A stretch of DNA of 64,000 nt from Candidatus Heimdallarchaeota archaeon (GCA_030603365.1 JAUVXV010000011.1:79307-143306); one strand, 5' to 3'. Counted from the stretch's first letter, positions 49,521 through 60,254 are shown. Notes: generated from the letters alone by a model not told the origin. A program made the numbers and translations.

Positions 49521-52093
49521 ATTATGATACTTATAGAAACTACAGATGCAATAAGAATACCTAAGGTTGAATAATTCGTACGTGTTGTTGATGGTTCAGG
49601 TTTGTCTGTATCGTCTACAGTAAAACTCAATGTCATTTGTTCCATTGCTCCTAGAGTGTGTTGAGCTTGAATTAATACTGTATGAGCACCATCAGGACCT
49701 GGAATTGTTATCTCATAAGGTGGATCAAATGATGTCAACGGATTTGCATCTAATGAGTATTGAAGCAGTGCTAAGTCAGTTGGATCTACGCTAAAGGAAA
49801 GCTTTGTATCAGAGTAGACTGTATCAAAGTTCGAATGTGATGTTAAGGTTACTACCTCACTTATTTTCACATTGCATGAGCCATCATAAGTTCCATCTAC
49901 CCATTTAACAACTAAGTAGTAAGTATCATCAGTGGAAACAGTAAATATCGTTGATTCATTGGCTACCACACCAAGAATACATTGAGCTAAAATGATTGGA
50001 TCACCGTAGGTGCCAGGATTTGTATCCATTATGAATAAATCTGCATCAGTAAAAGTTCCAACATTGAAGTTTCCATACAGTTTGTATATCATATTAGCTT
50101 CAAGATTGATTTGTCTAACGGCTACATGAGTACCATACTGTCGACCTGAGAGTGTGATCAGTTCTGCTGTACCTACATTTAACCAGTCAGTTACAGCTTG
50201 GATAGCACCTTCTACAGAGACAACTCCATAACCTTCAGTATAGTCTTTGAAATTTCTGTTAAGACCTGGAAATTGAGGTGTAGCATCTTCATCTCCATTG
50301 TAAAGCTCTCCTCCAGTACTAATCGAACCTTCAATGTTATACACTTCACTTGCACTCATACAGATGATTTGTTTGATCTTCTTAGCTGTATCCCAAGAAT
50401 ATGTATAAGATCCTTCTTCTTGTATCATAGCATCTACAATTAATTGAGCTAATCCTGCGACAAATGGTGATGCCATTGAGGTTCCTTGAATTCCTCTGTA
50501 ATTATCACTATAATAATCAGTTCTGGGGGGGTAAGATGTATCAGTATTGAAGGAATAAGCATCGTCTGCATCATTACTATCGGCTGCTATAATCGGTTGG
50601 TGAATCGCTGAACTTCCATAAGAAGCGAAACTACCTCCGGGAGCCACAACATCTGGTTTTATGAAACCTTGACTACTATGACCATTACTACTATAATAAG
50701 CAATTTCACTTGCTTTGTTTACTGCTCCAACTGTAATTGCATCAAGGCATGATCCTGGAGAATTGACTCCACCTGAGGAGGTTCCATCATTCCCAGCTGA
50801 TACAACACAGACTATACCTTTGTTCCTAACTAAAGAGGAAACAGCAGAATCAATTGAAGAGACAACTGAAGGCCAGCCTATTGACATGTTCACAACTGTT
50901 ACATTGTAAGACTGACCAAAGTCATACAGCCATTGAAGAGCATTTATCAGAGAATTAGTTGGACCAATACCCCTATCGTCTAGTACCTTTAGACCAACTA
51001 CATTACTATCTGGTGCTACTCCAGTAAAAGCTCCTCGTCCATCAGCATAAGGATTTGTCCATCCTGTATTATATACAAGTTCTCCTGAGAAATAGTTACC
51101 TCCTGCACCAACTCCATTACCATAAACAACTGCATACCAACCAGGTGTGGAAAAAGCATATGAATAAACACCTGGTGAAGAACCATCATTTGCACTCCCT
51201 GTAACCCAAGAAGATGAAGAATCCACGAAGCCAATATATGTTGAACCTCCGCCTTCCCACGTATAATAAACTGTTACAGTTTGAGCTGAATTAAGATAAA
51301 ACCAAGAGTATCGCCAGTACCAGTTATCTGTTGTATGAAAATAGCCTGAATCTTGAATCATGGTGATAGAAGTACTGCTAGAAGCTCCATTTGAAGCAGC
51401 TATACTAGCTACGTGAGTCCCGTGTTCACCTTTATCAGTTGGTGTTGCATACTCATCTCCTGTAGCAACATTGTCAGCTCCTACAAAATCTTGCCAATAT
51501 ACCACATTGAAATCTGAGTCAGGATGAGTATCATCAATACCTGTGTCTAGTACTGCTATTGCCGTATTAGAATCTCCAGTGTATCCATACCCTTGAGATG
51601 CTTGCCAAACCTTCCTTACACCAAAATCTTCAGTTACATCAAACAAAAGAGCATGTCCTAGTGCATTCTCTTCTAGATAGAGTGAGGAATCTAGATCTCG
51701 AATCTTGAGTAAATTCTCAGCTGTTCCTTTTACATGTACAGCATAAATGATAGTATATTCTGATAAAATCTCTACACCAGCACTCTCAAGGAAAGACCTA
51801 TCAGATTTAGTGATGGGTCCAGTAAAGGAGATTATTGCCTCAAAAGTTTCTGTCTTTTCACTTAGAACTAATTTTTCTTTGAATGAGTCTTGAAAGCGAT
51901 CTTGGTCAATGTCTTGAGTTTGATCAACTTTAACAATATGATAATCCTGCAGTGGATAACTATTTTCAATACTTGAAATGGTAGTAGTATCATCAACTAC
52001 TATTATAGCAGAAGTGTTAGAAGTAGAACTAAAACTCAAAATTAGAAGTCCAAAGATAACCAAAGAGCTCAATTTTCTTTTCGAAAACAACAT
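49499..52093 (-). CDS. Secreted membrane-anchored subtilisin-like serine protease (S8) with inserted beta-domain
   Basis: Signal peptide and propeptide; catalytic D in VLDTGID, H in HGTHVAS, oxyanion N in SAGNDG, S in GTSMASP; C-terminal TM and RKKRK. Confidence 0.95.
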   Translation of the reverse strand: MLFSKRKLSSLVIFGLLILSFSSTSNTSAIIVVDDTTTISSIENSYPLQDYHIVKVDQTQDIDQDRFQDSFKEKLVLSEKTETFEAIISFTGPITKSDRSFLESAGVEILSEYTIIYAVHVKGTAENLLKIRDLDSSLYLEENALGHALLFDVTEDFGVRKVWQASQGYGYTGDSNTAIAVLDTGIDDTHPDSDFNVVYWQDFVGADNVATGDEYATPTDKGEHGTHVASIAASNGASSSTSITMIQDSGYFHTTDNWYWRYSWFYLNSAQTVTVYYTWEGGGSTYIGFVDSSSSWVTGSANDGSSPGVYSYAFSTPGWYAVVYGNGVGAGGNYFSGELVYNTGWTNPYADGRGAFTGVAPDSNVVGLKVLDDRGIGPTNSLINALQWLYDFGQSYNVTVVNMSIGWPSVVSSIDSAVSSLVRNKGIVCVVSAGNDGTSSGGVNSPGSCLDAITVGAVNKASEIAYYSSNGHSSQGFIKPDVVAPGGSFASYGSSAIHQPIIAADSNDADDAYSFNTDTSYPPRTDYYSDNYRGIQGTSMASPFVAGLAQLIVDAMIQEEGSYTYSWDTAKKIKQIICMSASEVYNIEGSISTGGELYNGDEDATPQFPGLNRNFKDYTEGYGVVSVEGAIQAVTDWLNVGTAELITLSGRQYGTHVAVRQINLEANMIYKLYGNFNVGTFTDADLFIMDTNPGTYGDPIILAQCILGVVANESTIFTVSTDDTYYLVVKWVDGTYDGSCNVKISEVVTLTSHSNFDTVYSDTKLSFSVDPTDLALLQYSLDANPLTSFDPPYEITIPGPDGAHTVLIQAQHTLGAMEQMTLSFTVDDTDKPEPSTTRTNYSTLGILIASVVSISIIIIRKKRK

Positions 52094-52237
52094 AATGACC
52101 TCTGATTAATTAGTTGTCATATTTTACCTCTTTAAATTATTTATACTTGTTGGTTTGTTTTTGTCGGAACACCTAATTCTGTCAGTTTGTTTCTTTTGTT
52201 CTTTAATAGGTTCAGTACTCTCTGTAAACTGAAAGTA

Positions 52238-52606
52238 ATGGTTGGGAAACTCTGGGGTGATACAAAACGGACAGCTGAATTTGCTAAGAAGAATCTGGAA
52301 GAACAATTAGAGAAGATTCTGCTCGAGAAAAAAACAATTCACATGAATGAGCTATATGAGGAATTCTGGCATAGTCATTACCTTTTAACACATTATTTGC
52401 AAATATTTCTTATTGTCAAGGAATTAGAAGAAGAGGGAAAAATCATTTTAGATGGGCAGAAAAACATTTCCTTGGCTTGGATAAAACTATTTGATACAGA
52501 TGGTATTAATGAAGTAACTGTTTGGGATCTCGAACACAAAAAGGAAGATATAGAAGAAAAAAAGGAAATTATTAGAAGATATTCAACAATCAACTACTTA
52601 GCGTAA
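52238..52606 (+). CDS. hypothetical protein, possible winged helix
   Basis: Likely ATG at 52238; IHMNELYEEF...VKELEEEGKIIL pattern. Confidence 0.55.
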   Translation: MVGKLWGDTKRTAEFAKKNLEEQLEKILLEKKTIHMNELYEEFWHSHYLLTHYLQIFLIVKELEEEGKIILDGQKNISLAWIKLFDTDGINEVTVWDLEHKKEDIEEKKEIIRRYSTINYLA

Positions 52607-52676
52607 AAAATAAAATTCTTCTCCAGAAAATATTTTCCATAATTTTATATAATTTGGAAGCTAGTGTTTTACTAGT

Positions 52677-52979
52677 ATGTCATCAAGAAAACCTCAAGAA
52701 AAAGAGGAAAAAACTAAGAAAATACATTATAGTGAAAAGAAGACTGCTTTTGAAGAACTAGCAGAAGAACATGGTGTTGAACTTAGGGAAGCCACTCCCA
52801 TGGCTGGGATCAAATACTGTGATAAATGTGGATATGCTAACACTCCTGATGACGATTACTGTTTTAACTGCCACTCTCCTTTTGCTCAATACGATCTCTT
52901 TGGTAAAGCACTTGAATCTTTAGAAGATGAGGAGGAAGAAGTTAAAGTGAAAAAAAAGAAGAAGAAAAAGAAAAAGTGA
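52677..52979 (+). CDS. Small zinc-finger protein with acidic and poly-Lys tail
   Basis: CDKCGYANTPDDDYCFNC, ends EDEEEEVKVKKKKKKKKK. Confidence 0.7.
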   Translation: MSSRKPQEKEEKTKKIHYSEKKTAFEELAEEHGVELREATPMAGIKYCDKCGYANTPDDDYCFNCHSPFAQYDLFGKALESLEDEEEEVKVKKKKKKKKK

Positions 52980-53032
52980 AGATTAATAAATGAGAATGTT
53001 CTCTTATATTTTTACTAGTAATTAAGTCAGAG

Positions 53033-53887
53033 ATGAACTTAATGGAATCTACAGTTTACAAAAAACAATCTTTATTACCATTTCTTATAATTTGCGGAGC
53101 GCTTCTTACAATTGCAGGGGGTATATTAATACACTATTCTATTTGGTTAGTAACTCCTTATAGTTATTTTTCTAGTGCTGAAGCATTGACTCAGATAATC
53201 TGCGGCTATGTTGGTATAGCAGCAATTATTATACCAATCGCTCTAATAGGGAGCGTATATCCTCAGAAGAAGAAAGACACCAATACAGCAATTATTCTGC
53301 TTGTTGTTTTTATCGGATTTGATTTATTCATATCACTAACTCCTGATATAAGTAATTGGGGATCAGGATGGGGTGGTCTAGCTGTTTTGGTAGTTTTTGG
53401 AATCATTAGAGGAGTAACATTTCTACGAACAAACAGAGCACTTAAGGTACCTAAAAAAGGCTATGGAAATCCAATGTTATTAGTATATGGATGGACTTTC
53501 CTAATTACAACTATTCTTGCACTCCTATTTGCAGTGATTGCAGCAATTATTGATGATTATGATGTGTTCTATATGTTATTAGAAGCAGCAGCTTGGGTTA
53601 TTGTTGTTCAATCATTTATTGATGCACTAAGTATCACATTAGTAGGATTGAAATTCTTAAGAGATGGGTTAACAAACCCTACAATAGAGAGTGAACAAAT
53701 TTCTAGAACTGCACCTACATCAGGAATAGGACGTAGTACATATCAACCAATTCAAATCAGTGGTCAAGCTACAGATCAAGTTGGTGTTACTCAAGACGAA
53801 GAATTATTAAAATACTGTACCTACTGTGGAGCTCAGAATTTCAAGGGTCATACGTTCTGCGAAAATTGTGGTAAGAAAATAGATTAA
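53033..53887 (+). CDS. Multi-TM membrane protein with C-terminal zinc ribbon
   Basis: About 6 TMs followed by YCTYCGAQN....TFCENCG. Confidence 0.8.
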   Translation: MNLMESTVYKKQSLLPFLIICGALLTIAGGILIHYSIWLVTPYSYFSSAEALTQIICGYVGIAAIIIPIALIGSVYPQKKKDTNTAIILLVVFIGFDLFISLTPDISNWGSGWGGLAVLVVFGIIRGVTFLRTNRALKVPKKGYGNPMLLVYGWTFLITTILALLFAVIAAIIDDYDVFYMLLEAAAWVIVVQSFIDALSITLVGLKFLRDGLTNPTIESEQISRTAPTSGIGRSTYQPIQISGQATDQVGVTQDEELLKYCTYCGAQNFKGHTFCENCGKKID

Positions 53888-53956
53888 ACTTCTCCATACC
53901 ACTTTTTCTTCTTTTTTAAAAAATTTTAAATCTAAGCTAGGTATTGACTAATTCTT

Positions 53957-55219
53957 ATGTCTGCTATTGAATCTATAAAAAATACTTTTTTTGATGTATG
54001 TATAGTTGGAGCTGGACCAGGAGGATCATCTTCGGCATATTATTTAGCTAAACAAGGGAAGAAAGTTGTTCTACTTGATAAAGAGAAATTCCCAAGGAGA
54101 AAAATATGTGGAAACGCTTTCTCTCAACGAGCTCAAATACATCTAAAAAGAATGGGAGTCTTGGATGAAATTATAGCGGAAAAGAAAGGTAATTGGGCAG
54201 CGATTGGTGGATTAGTAAGTCCTAGAGGTATCACATATATTGATGATTCAGCTTCTGAAATTGGTAAACATCTGATGATTGCTATCAAGAGAGAAATTTT
54301 AGATGAAAAGATGGTTCGTGCAGCAGAGAAAGAGGGTGCGTTGTTTCTTGAAGAATATAATGTAAAAGAGGTTGTGTATTCACAAACTGAAAAGAGTTGG
54401 AAAATAAATGCTTTTGATAATAAAGAAGGGCAAATCCAAGCTACAATTCTTATTGCAGCTGATGGAGCAGTTTCAAAAATTGCTCGTTCTCTTGATGTAG
54501 TCAAGAATCCTCCTGAAGCAGTCTGTACAAGCGTGTTCATTAAAGCAGGTACTCATCAATACAAGGAAGATGGGGTTTGTGTTTATACAAGAGATATTCA
54601 TCCTGGATATGTTGCTTTATTCAAAGAAGCTGATGGCGATGTTACTTTTTGTTGTTACATAATTCCTGGAGGAAAATATAAAGCAGTTGATTTAGAAAAA
54701 CTGCATCATGAATTCTTAGAAAAAGATGAATATATAGTCGAAGCTTTAGGGCCTAAAGCAGTAATTGAACCAATGAATGCTGCTCCATTAAGATTGGGGG
54801 GAGTGAAGAAAAGTTATGCTGATAATTTCTTAGTTGTAGGTGATGCTGCAGGTCAGATTGATCCTTTAACTGGTGAAGGTCTTCAATATGCGATGGATGC
54901 AGGAGAACTAGCTGCGATTGCACTCAAGGAAGCTTTCAAGAAGAATGATTTCAGTGCTAAATCTCTAAAAAAATATCAGAAGTTGTGGATGAAATCCTTT
55001 GGGAAAGATTTCAAATGGTCAACAAGGATGGTAAAGGTTCTAGCAAGGATGCCTGTATTTCTAGATGCTTTTGCTCTACTATGCAACGATAAAGGGGTTG
55101 AATATATGATTCAATGGGCTAAAATAATGACAGGGTCACAATTTAAAGTGAGCTTCTTCAAACCAAAGTTAGCAATTCCGTTGCTCTGGACTGCAATTAC
55201 ACTCAAGTTAAAGAGGTAA
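53957..55219 (+). CDS. Geranylgeranyl-reductase-family FAD-dependent oxidoreductase
   Basis: VGAGPGGS, FPRRKICG, AADGA and VGDAAGQIDPLTGEGL. Confidence 0.88.
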   Translation: MSAIESIKNTFFDVCIVGAGPGGSSSAYYLAKQGKKVVLLDKEKFPRRKICGNAFSQRAQIHLKRMGVLDEIIAEKKGNWAAIGGLVSPRGITYIDDSASEIGKHLMIAIKREILDEKMVRAAEKEGALFLEEYNVKEVVYSQTEKSWKINAFDNKEGQIQATILIAADGAVSKIARSLDVVKNPPEAVCTSVFIKAGTHQYKEDGVCVYTRDIHPGYVALFKEADGDVTFCCYIIPGGKYKAVDLEKLHHEFLEKDEYIVEALGPKAVIEPMNAAPLRLGGVKKSYADNFLVVGDAAGQIDPLTGEGLQYAMDAGELAAIALKEAFKKNDFSAKSLKKYQKLWMKSFGKDFKWSTRMVKVLARMPVFLDAFALLCNDKGVEYMIQWAKIMTGSQFKVSFFKPKLAIPLLWTAITLKLKR

Positions 55220-55292
55220 TCTCTTAAAGATTCTCTTTTTTAGCTTACTTGAATAGACTAATATATTTTAAAGTGTATAATTTTACGATTCT

Positions 55293-56186
55293 ATGATTAC
55301 CGAGCAGAAGAGATTGCAGAATGTTTGCATTCTTGAAGATAGCAGAAATTTGGTTTACGATATTTATGGAGATATGGATGGGTTTCCTTATTTCTACTTC
55401 CATGGTTATCCCTGTTCTAGATTAGAAGCACGATGTATTCATGAGGAAGCAACTGAGAAAAATATCAAACTTATATCGATAGACAGACCCGGATTCGGGT
55501 TATCTGATTTTCAAAAAAATAGAACAATAATTGACTGGAGTAAAGATATTCTTTCGCTTTCAGAAGAGCTTAACATTCAGAAATTTGGAATAGTTAGTTA
55601 TTCCGCAGGAGCTCCATATGCATTAGCGTGTGGATATAGGTTTCCTGAAAAACTAGTCAAAGTAGTGATTCTTGCTGCTTTAGGAGGAGGAGATTTTCAG
55701 CAACCAGGACTCAAAAATGATCACAAAGCAGCATTTCGAGTTGCAGGACATCTTCCATATATTTACAGATGCATCTTTTGGTGGAGTACAATCCGCAGAA
55801 TCAAGGGAAAAAGTGCTGCAAAAAGATATTATAGAAGTAATCTAAGTAATTTTGCTTTAAAAGACCAAGAATTATTTCAAAATTCAGATATTCTAAATCA
55901 ATTGATAGAAATTCAATGTGAATCATGTAGACAAGGAATGAAGGGGGTAATTCATGAAGCAATACTACTTGGAAAACCATGGGGGGTAGATTTAAGCTCG
56001 ATATCTAGTAACTTGAAAATCCATATATGGCATGGAACAGCTGATCTGATAGCTCCGGTAACAGCTTCAAAGGAAATAGAAAGAATGTTACCAAAATGTA
56101 CAACTCATTATAAAGAAAATGAAGGTCACTATTCACTAATATTCAATCATAATGAAGAGATATTAGATGCAATGGGAAGTTTATAA
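55293..56186 (+). CDS. alpha/beta-fold hydrolase
   Basis: FHGYPCSR, DRPGFGLS, SYSAG, WHGTAD and EGH. Confidence 0.88.
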   Translation: MITEQKRLQNVCILEDSRNLVYDIYGDMDGFPYFYFHGYPCSRLEARCIHEEATEKNIKLISIDRPGFGLSDFQKNRTIIDWSKDILSLSEELNIQKFGIVSYSAGAPYALACGYRFPEKLVKVVILAALGGGDFQQPGLKNDHKAAFRVAGHLPYIYRCIFWWSTIRRIKGKSAAKRYYRSNLSNFALKDQELFQNSDILNQLIEIQCESCRQGMKGVIHEAILLGKPWGVDLSSISSNLKIHIWHGTADLIAPVTASKEIERMLPKCTTHYKENEGHYSLIFNHNEEILDAMGSL

Positions 56187-56361
56187 CAAATTTAGTTTTT
56201 TTTAATTCTGCTAAAAGAATAAGTGTAAGAATAACAGAGAAAAAATTTATAGGAAACTATCTTACCACACTAATTTATTTTTACGTGGTAAGATTTACTA
56301 TGCTTCATTCGCTCGGAGTTGTAAAAGTTTTAAAAGAACAAAAAAAAAAGGAAAAAAGCAC

Positions 56362-58163
56362 CTAAGCTTTTCTTCTTTTATAGAAAATTACTACACTCAA
56401 AATACTTAGAGAACCAAATATTAGCAGAATAGCATTCAAAGAACTAAATTCGTTTACTACAGGTTCTTCATCTATGGTAAAAGAAGAATAGGCTGTAAAT
56501 TCACTCACTGTTGTAGAATCAATGTAGAAAGCTACTCTCCAGTAAAATTGTCCGTGATATTCTAGGGAGTAGTTATTTCATAATCAGAACCTTGCATTAT
56601 CAAAGATTCATTCAATTCAAGAGTTAGGAATGTGGGTGAATCAGAAACTTGCAGTAAGTATCCATATGCCCCTGGCATATCGGTCCAATCAAGAATGGGA
56701 GTTTGATCTTGGATATATGCTCCATCTGCTGGAGAAAGAAGTTCTATATTCACATCTTGAGTATAATAATCAATTGCGATCGAATAAACTGTTGGTGTTA
56801 CTGATTCATCAATTGTACTTAATTGTGCTCTCCATTTGAGATATCGTCCAAGATAAGTGAATGGATGCTCTACTCCAGGTGAAACCTCTTCCCAATTTGT
56901 TCCTCCATCTGCTGAAAGATAGTATGTAATAGCAGTATCGGGGGCAATTGAATCAGAGACTGTTAAGGTTGCTCTTTCAATTTCTTCTCCAATTGGTGCA
57001 AAATACATTATATTGGATTGAGCAATTGCAAAAGAGCTAGATAATTCTCCATAATGACCTCCAGAGTCAGCTATTTGTAATGAATATACACCTGCAGTGG
57101 TTGCGACTACATATGCATAATATCCTGAAACATAAACATCATACCCATCATTGGGTAAACTGTAGTAGCCAGCTGCAACTGGAGTTGTTGGGTCGCTTAT
57201 TTCATAGATTCTCATCATTCTTGTGTCCATACCATATCTTCCAGCAACGTAAACATAGTTACCTTCAATGTCTACACCAAAATAACGAGTGTTATCATCT
57301 AACCAGATGACCCTAGACATATTGGAAGGATCACTGATATCGACAATTTGTAGACCACCTAAGTCACAAGCAACGTAAGCATAAGTATCTTTGATTTCGA
57401 CTTTCTTTGCATATCCATCTAAGTCAACATTACTCACAAAAACAGGGGTTGAAGGAGTTGTTATATCATAAACATCCAAGCCTGCGTGACTTATAGCTAC
57501 GTATAGATAGTTGCCAGAAATAGCTACTCCATTAGCATCAGAGAAATCAGTTACACTAACATATCCTGAGACATCTACAGGAGCAGTAGGATCAGTAATA
57601 TCAATAACTCTTATACCACCAGAGTATGCTGGTATATATGCATAGTTTCCTTGAATCTTAACATCCAAAGCATGATACAGGTCTATCTCACCCAATTTAG
57701 TAGGATTAGCTTTATCAGTTACATTGAGTATCAATAACCCATCACCTGCATTAGCTAAGTAAGCTATGTCATTTTCAACAACAGATCCATAAATCCAATT
57801 AATTTCAGCGGAGTCATTATAGTATCCAGCAAGACTTAAATCAGTAGGATCAGAAGTATCCAAGATAAAAAAACCATCATAGGCACCACTAAGATAAGCG
57901 TAATTACCTTCAACAAAAATACTGTTTGCTGATGTACTAACTTTTAATGAATCTTGATAGATAGGATCCTTGCTAGGAAGTTCTATCCAACCTGTTCCCC
58001 ATCCTGTTACATTGGAGTTGTAAGTGTCTTTGTAGGTTGTTGTTGTGAAATTTTCAAGAACAGAACCAGAAGTTGCAGATTGAACCGTTGTAGAAGTTGA
58101 ACTAAGACTTAAAAAAATCAAAAAAACCAAAGTTGTAAAGAAAAATAAATTTTTGCGTTTCAT
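56362..58163 (-). CDS. LVIVD-repeat surface protein, split by a -1 frameshift at about 56565 that separates the membrane anchor
   Basis: LVIVD repeats (GNYAYL..GFFILDTSDP etc.). The ORF stops at CCC TAG (56562), but the -1 frame continues LEYHGQFYWRV...NEFSSLNAILLIFGSLSILSVVIFYKRRKA* to 56362. Confidence 0.85.
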
Positions 58164-58294
58164 TAATATTCCTCGTGTTTCAGCATGCAGTAAAATTATC
58201 TCACATAAAAGTTTATTTGTAATCAGTTAGGGATTATTAATTCTAATGTGGAAAAAGTTTTATTTCTGAATATTGTTGTTTAATAGGAACTACA

Positions 58295-59476
58295 ATGAAA
58301 AGAGCAAACATTCTTCAGATCTCTTTAGGAATTATACTTATTCTTGCAATTGTTATACCTTTGGCAATATTGTTACCAAAAGAAGAGGTCAATTTAGACC
58401 AACCAATATTAATTTACTCAGATGAGGATTTCCTGAAGTATGATTTTGCTGGCGATGGAACTGAATCAGATCCATATTTAATAAATGGTAGAACATTAAT
58501 TAATGATAATATAGGAAGTATCCATCAATATGGGATTTGGGTTGAAAACACAACAAAATATTTCTCGATTCAAAACTGTATAATAAAGAATTATGATGTA
58601 GGAATTGTAATTGGATATGTAAGGAATGATACGACAAAAATTCTCAACAATTATATAGAAGAAGCCGATTACGCTGCAATTCACTGCGGTTTAGTAAATG
58701 GAATACTAATCGAGAACAACGAAGTTAACGGTGGTAGTAGATATGGAATATATCTAATACGTTGTAGCGATTCACTACTACGAAATAATTCAATTTACAA
58801 TTATGGCGTAGGTATAGCTTTACTTGATACAGACTACATTACTTTGCAGCGAAATAACTGCAGCTTCAATTCTCATAGTGGAATTACAAGTATGATGTGC
58901 AATTATATTAATATTGAAAATAATATAGTTTCAATGAATCAAGCAGATTACACATCTTCTGCAGGTCTTGAATTACTACTTTCTAATTTCCTAAGTGTTA
59001 TAAATAATTCAATAACAGAGAATAGTTCTAATGGAATTAGAGTTCATAGGACATGTTTCTCATTAATTGATTCCAATAATATAAGTTATAACCAGATTCC
59101 GAGTATTTCCCATTTTGGTGATGGAATTTTCATGGAATATTCAGATAATAACACAATACAATACAATCTTTTCAAAGAGAATGGGGCTTATGGTTTGAAT
59201 CTTACCAAGTCAAATAATAACACCATTCATCATAACGCATTCATATGTAATAACCAAAAAACCATAAATCAAGCTTTCGAGGAAAATTGTACAACTAACA
59301 TGTGGTATGATGTTTCTACTTTTGAAGGAAATTATTGGCAGGGATGGAATACTAGCTTAGCTTATCCAATTGAAGGAGGACTCTCTGAAGATCTTTATCC
59401 TTTAGAGGAAAATCCAGTTAATCTAATTCTTTCACTTTATTGGCTGAGTTTAATATTTAATTACAGAAACACATAA
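58295..59476 (+). CDS. NosD-like beta-helix protein with N-terminal membrane anchor
   Basis: GDGTESDPYLIN, N..S.N..GI repeats and GNYW..DLYPL. Confidence 0.85.
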   Translation: MKRANILQISLGIILILAIVIPLAILLPKEEVNLDQPILIYSDEDFLKYDFAGDGTESDPYLINGRTLINDNIGSIHQYGIWVENTTKYFSIQNCIIKNYDVGIVIGYVRNDTTKILNNYIEEADYAAIHCGLVNGILIENNEVNGGSRYGIYLIRCSDSLLRNNSIYNYGVGIALLDTDYITLQRNNCSFNSHSGITSMMCNYINIENNIVSMNQADYTSSAGLELLLSNFLSVINNSITENSSNGIRVHRTCFSLIDSNNISYNQIPSISHFGDGIFMEYSDNNTIQYNLFKENGAYGLNLTKSNNNTIHHNAFICNNQKTINQAFEENCTTNMWYDVSTFEGNYWQGWNTSLAYPIEGGLSEDLYPLEENPVNLILSLYWLSLIFNYRNT

Positions 59477-59553
59477 AATCATACTTGGTTAGTATACGAG
59501 ATATAAGAGTAGAAAAGCGTTAAAAAATCTGCAATAGATACAGTTGTGATAAA

Positions 59554-60195
59554 TTGAATGAAACAGTACCAAGTAAGCATATAAGCATTCTAAAATCAAC
59601 CTTCTTTTCATTAATAGCTCTTTCTATGGTTGTTTACTCTATTCTACAGATAATAGGTTTTGCTAAATCGTATGAAACCTTAGAGTTTACATATCTAGAA
59701 ACTTTTCAACTGCAGCTCTTTATACCATACTTTGTGGGTTTCGTGTTTCTTTTTCTTACTCTTTTTTTCGTCAAAAATATCAAAGGATATCTACAGGTTG
59801 AAAGAATTCTGTCCATAGTTTTTTGGATAGTCTATTTCGTTTTTTCTATAATCAATCGAGCATTCTTGTTTATGTTTTATGTTAAAAGCAGTGAAGATTC
59901 TTCTTCCTTCCTTGAGAATTTAATCATTATAGAAGTGTTCTTTCTTTTGGCTTTAGCTTTTACAGGGATAACCTATAGAACTGATATCTCTAAATATCTT
60001 TCATACACTTTGTATGCTCTTGCAGGAACTTCATTTATCTTTTTTTTAATACGTTTGACAGCTCAATGGGAACCTGTCCTTCGAAAATTTATCCTATTAT
60101 CTGAATTCTGGATCGAGGTACTACTGATATGCAGTTTAGGGATTCTATTAACCGTGACCATTATTACTTCATTTAGAAAAAGAGAAAAAGTATGA
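59554..60195 (+). CDS. 6-TM membrane protein
   Basis: Six hydrophobic segments. Confidence 0.7.
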   Translation: MNETVPSKHISILKSTFFSLIALSMVVYSILQIIGFAKSYETLEFTYLETFQLQLFIPYFVGFVFLFLTLFFVKNIKGYLQVERILSIVFWIVYFVFSIINRAFLFMFYVKSSEDSSSFLENLIIIEVFFLLALAFTGITYRTDISKYLSYTLYALAGTSFIFFLIRLTAQWEPVLRKFILLSEFWIEVLLICSLGILLTVTIITSFRKREKV

Positions 60196-60254
60196 TTTTG
60201 TACAATCAAATCAAAAAGTGTAATGCAAATTATTTATTTTCTTCGAGCTTATAA

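Noticed and set aside
15016-55219. Type III PKS and GGR-like oxidoreductase as one biosynthetic cluster
   Set aside because: They are about 38 kb apart with many unrelated genes between them.
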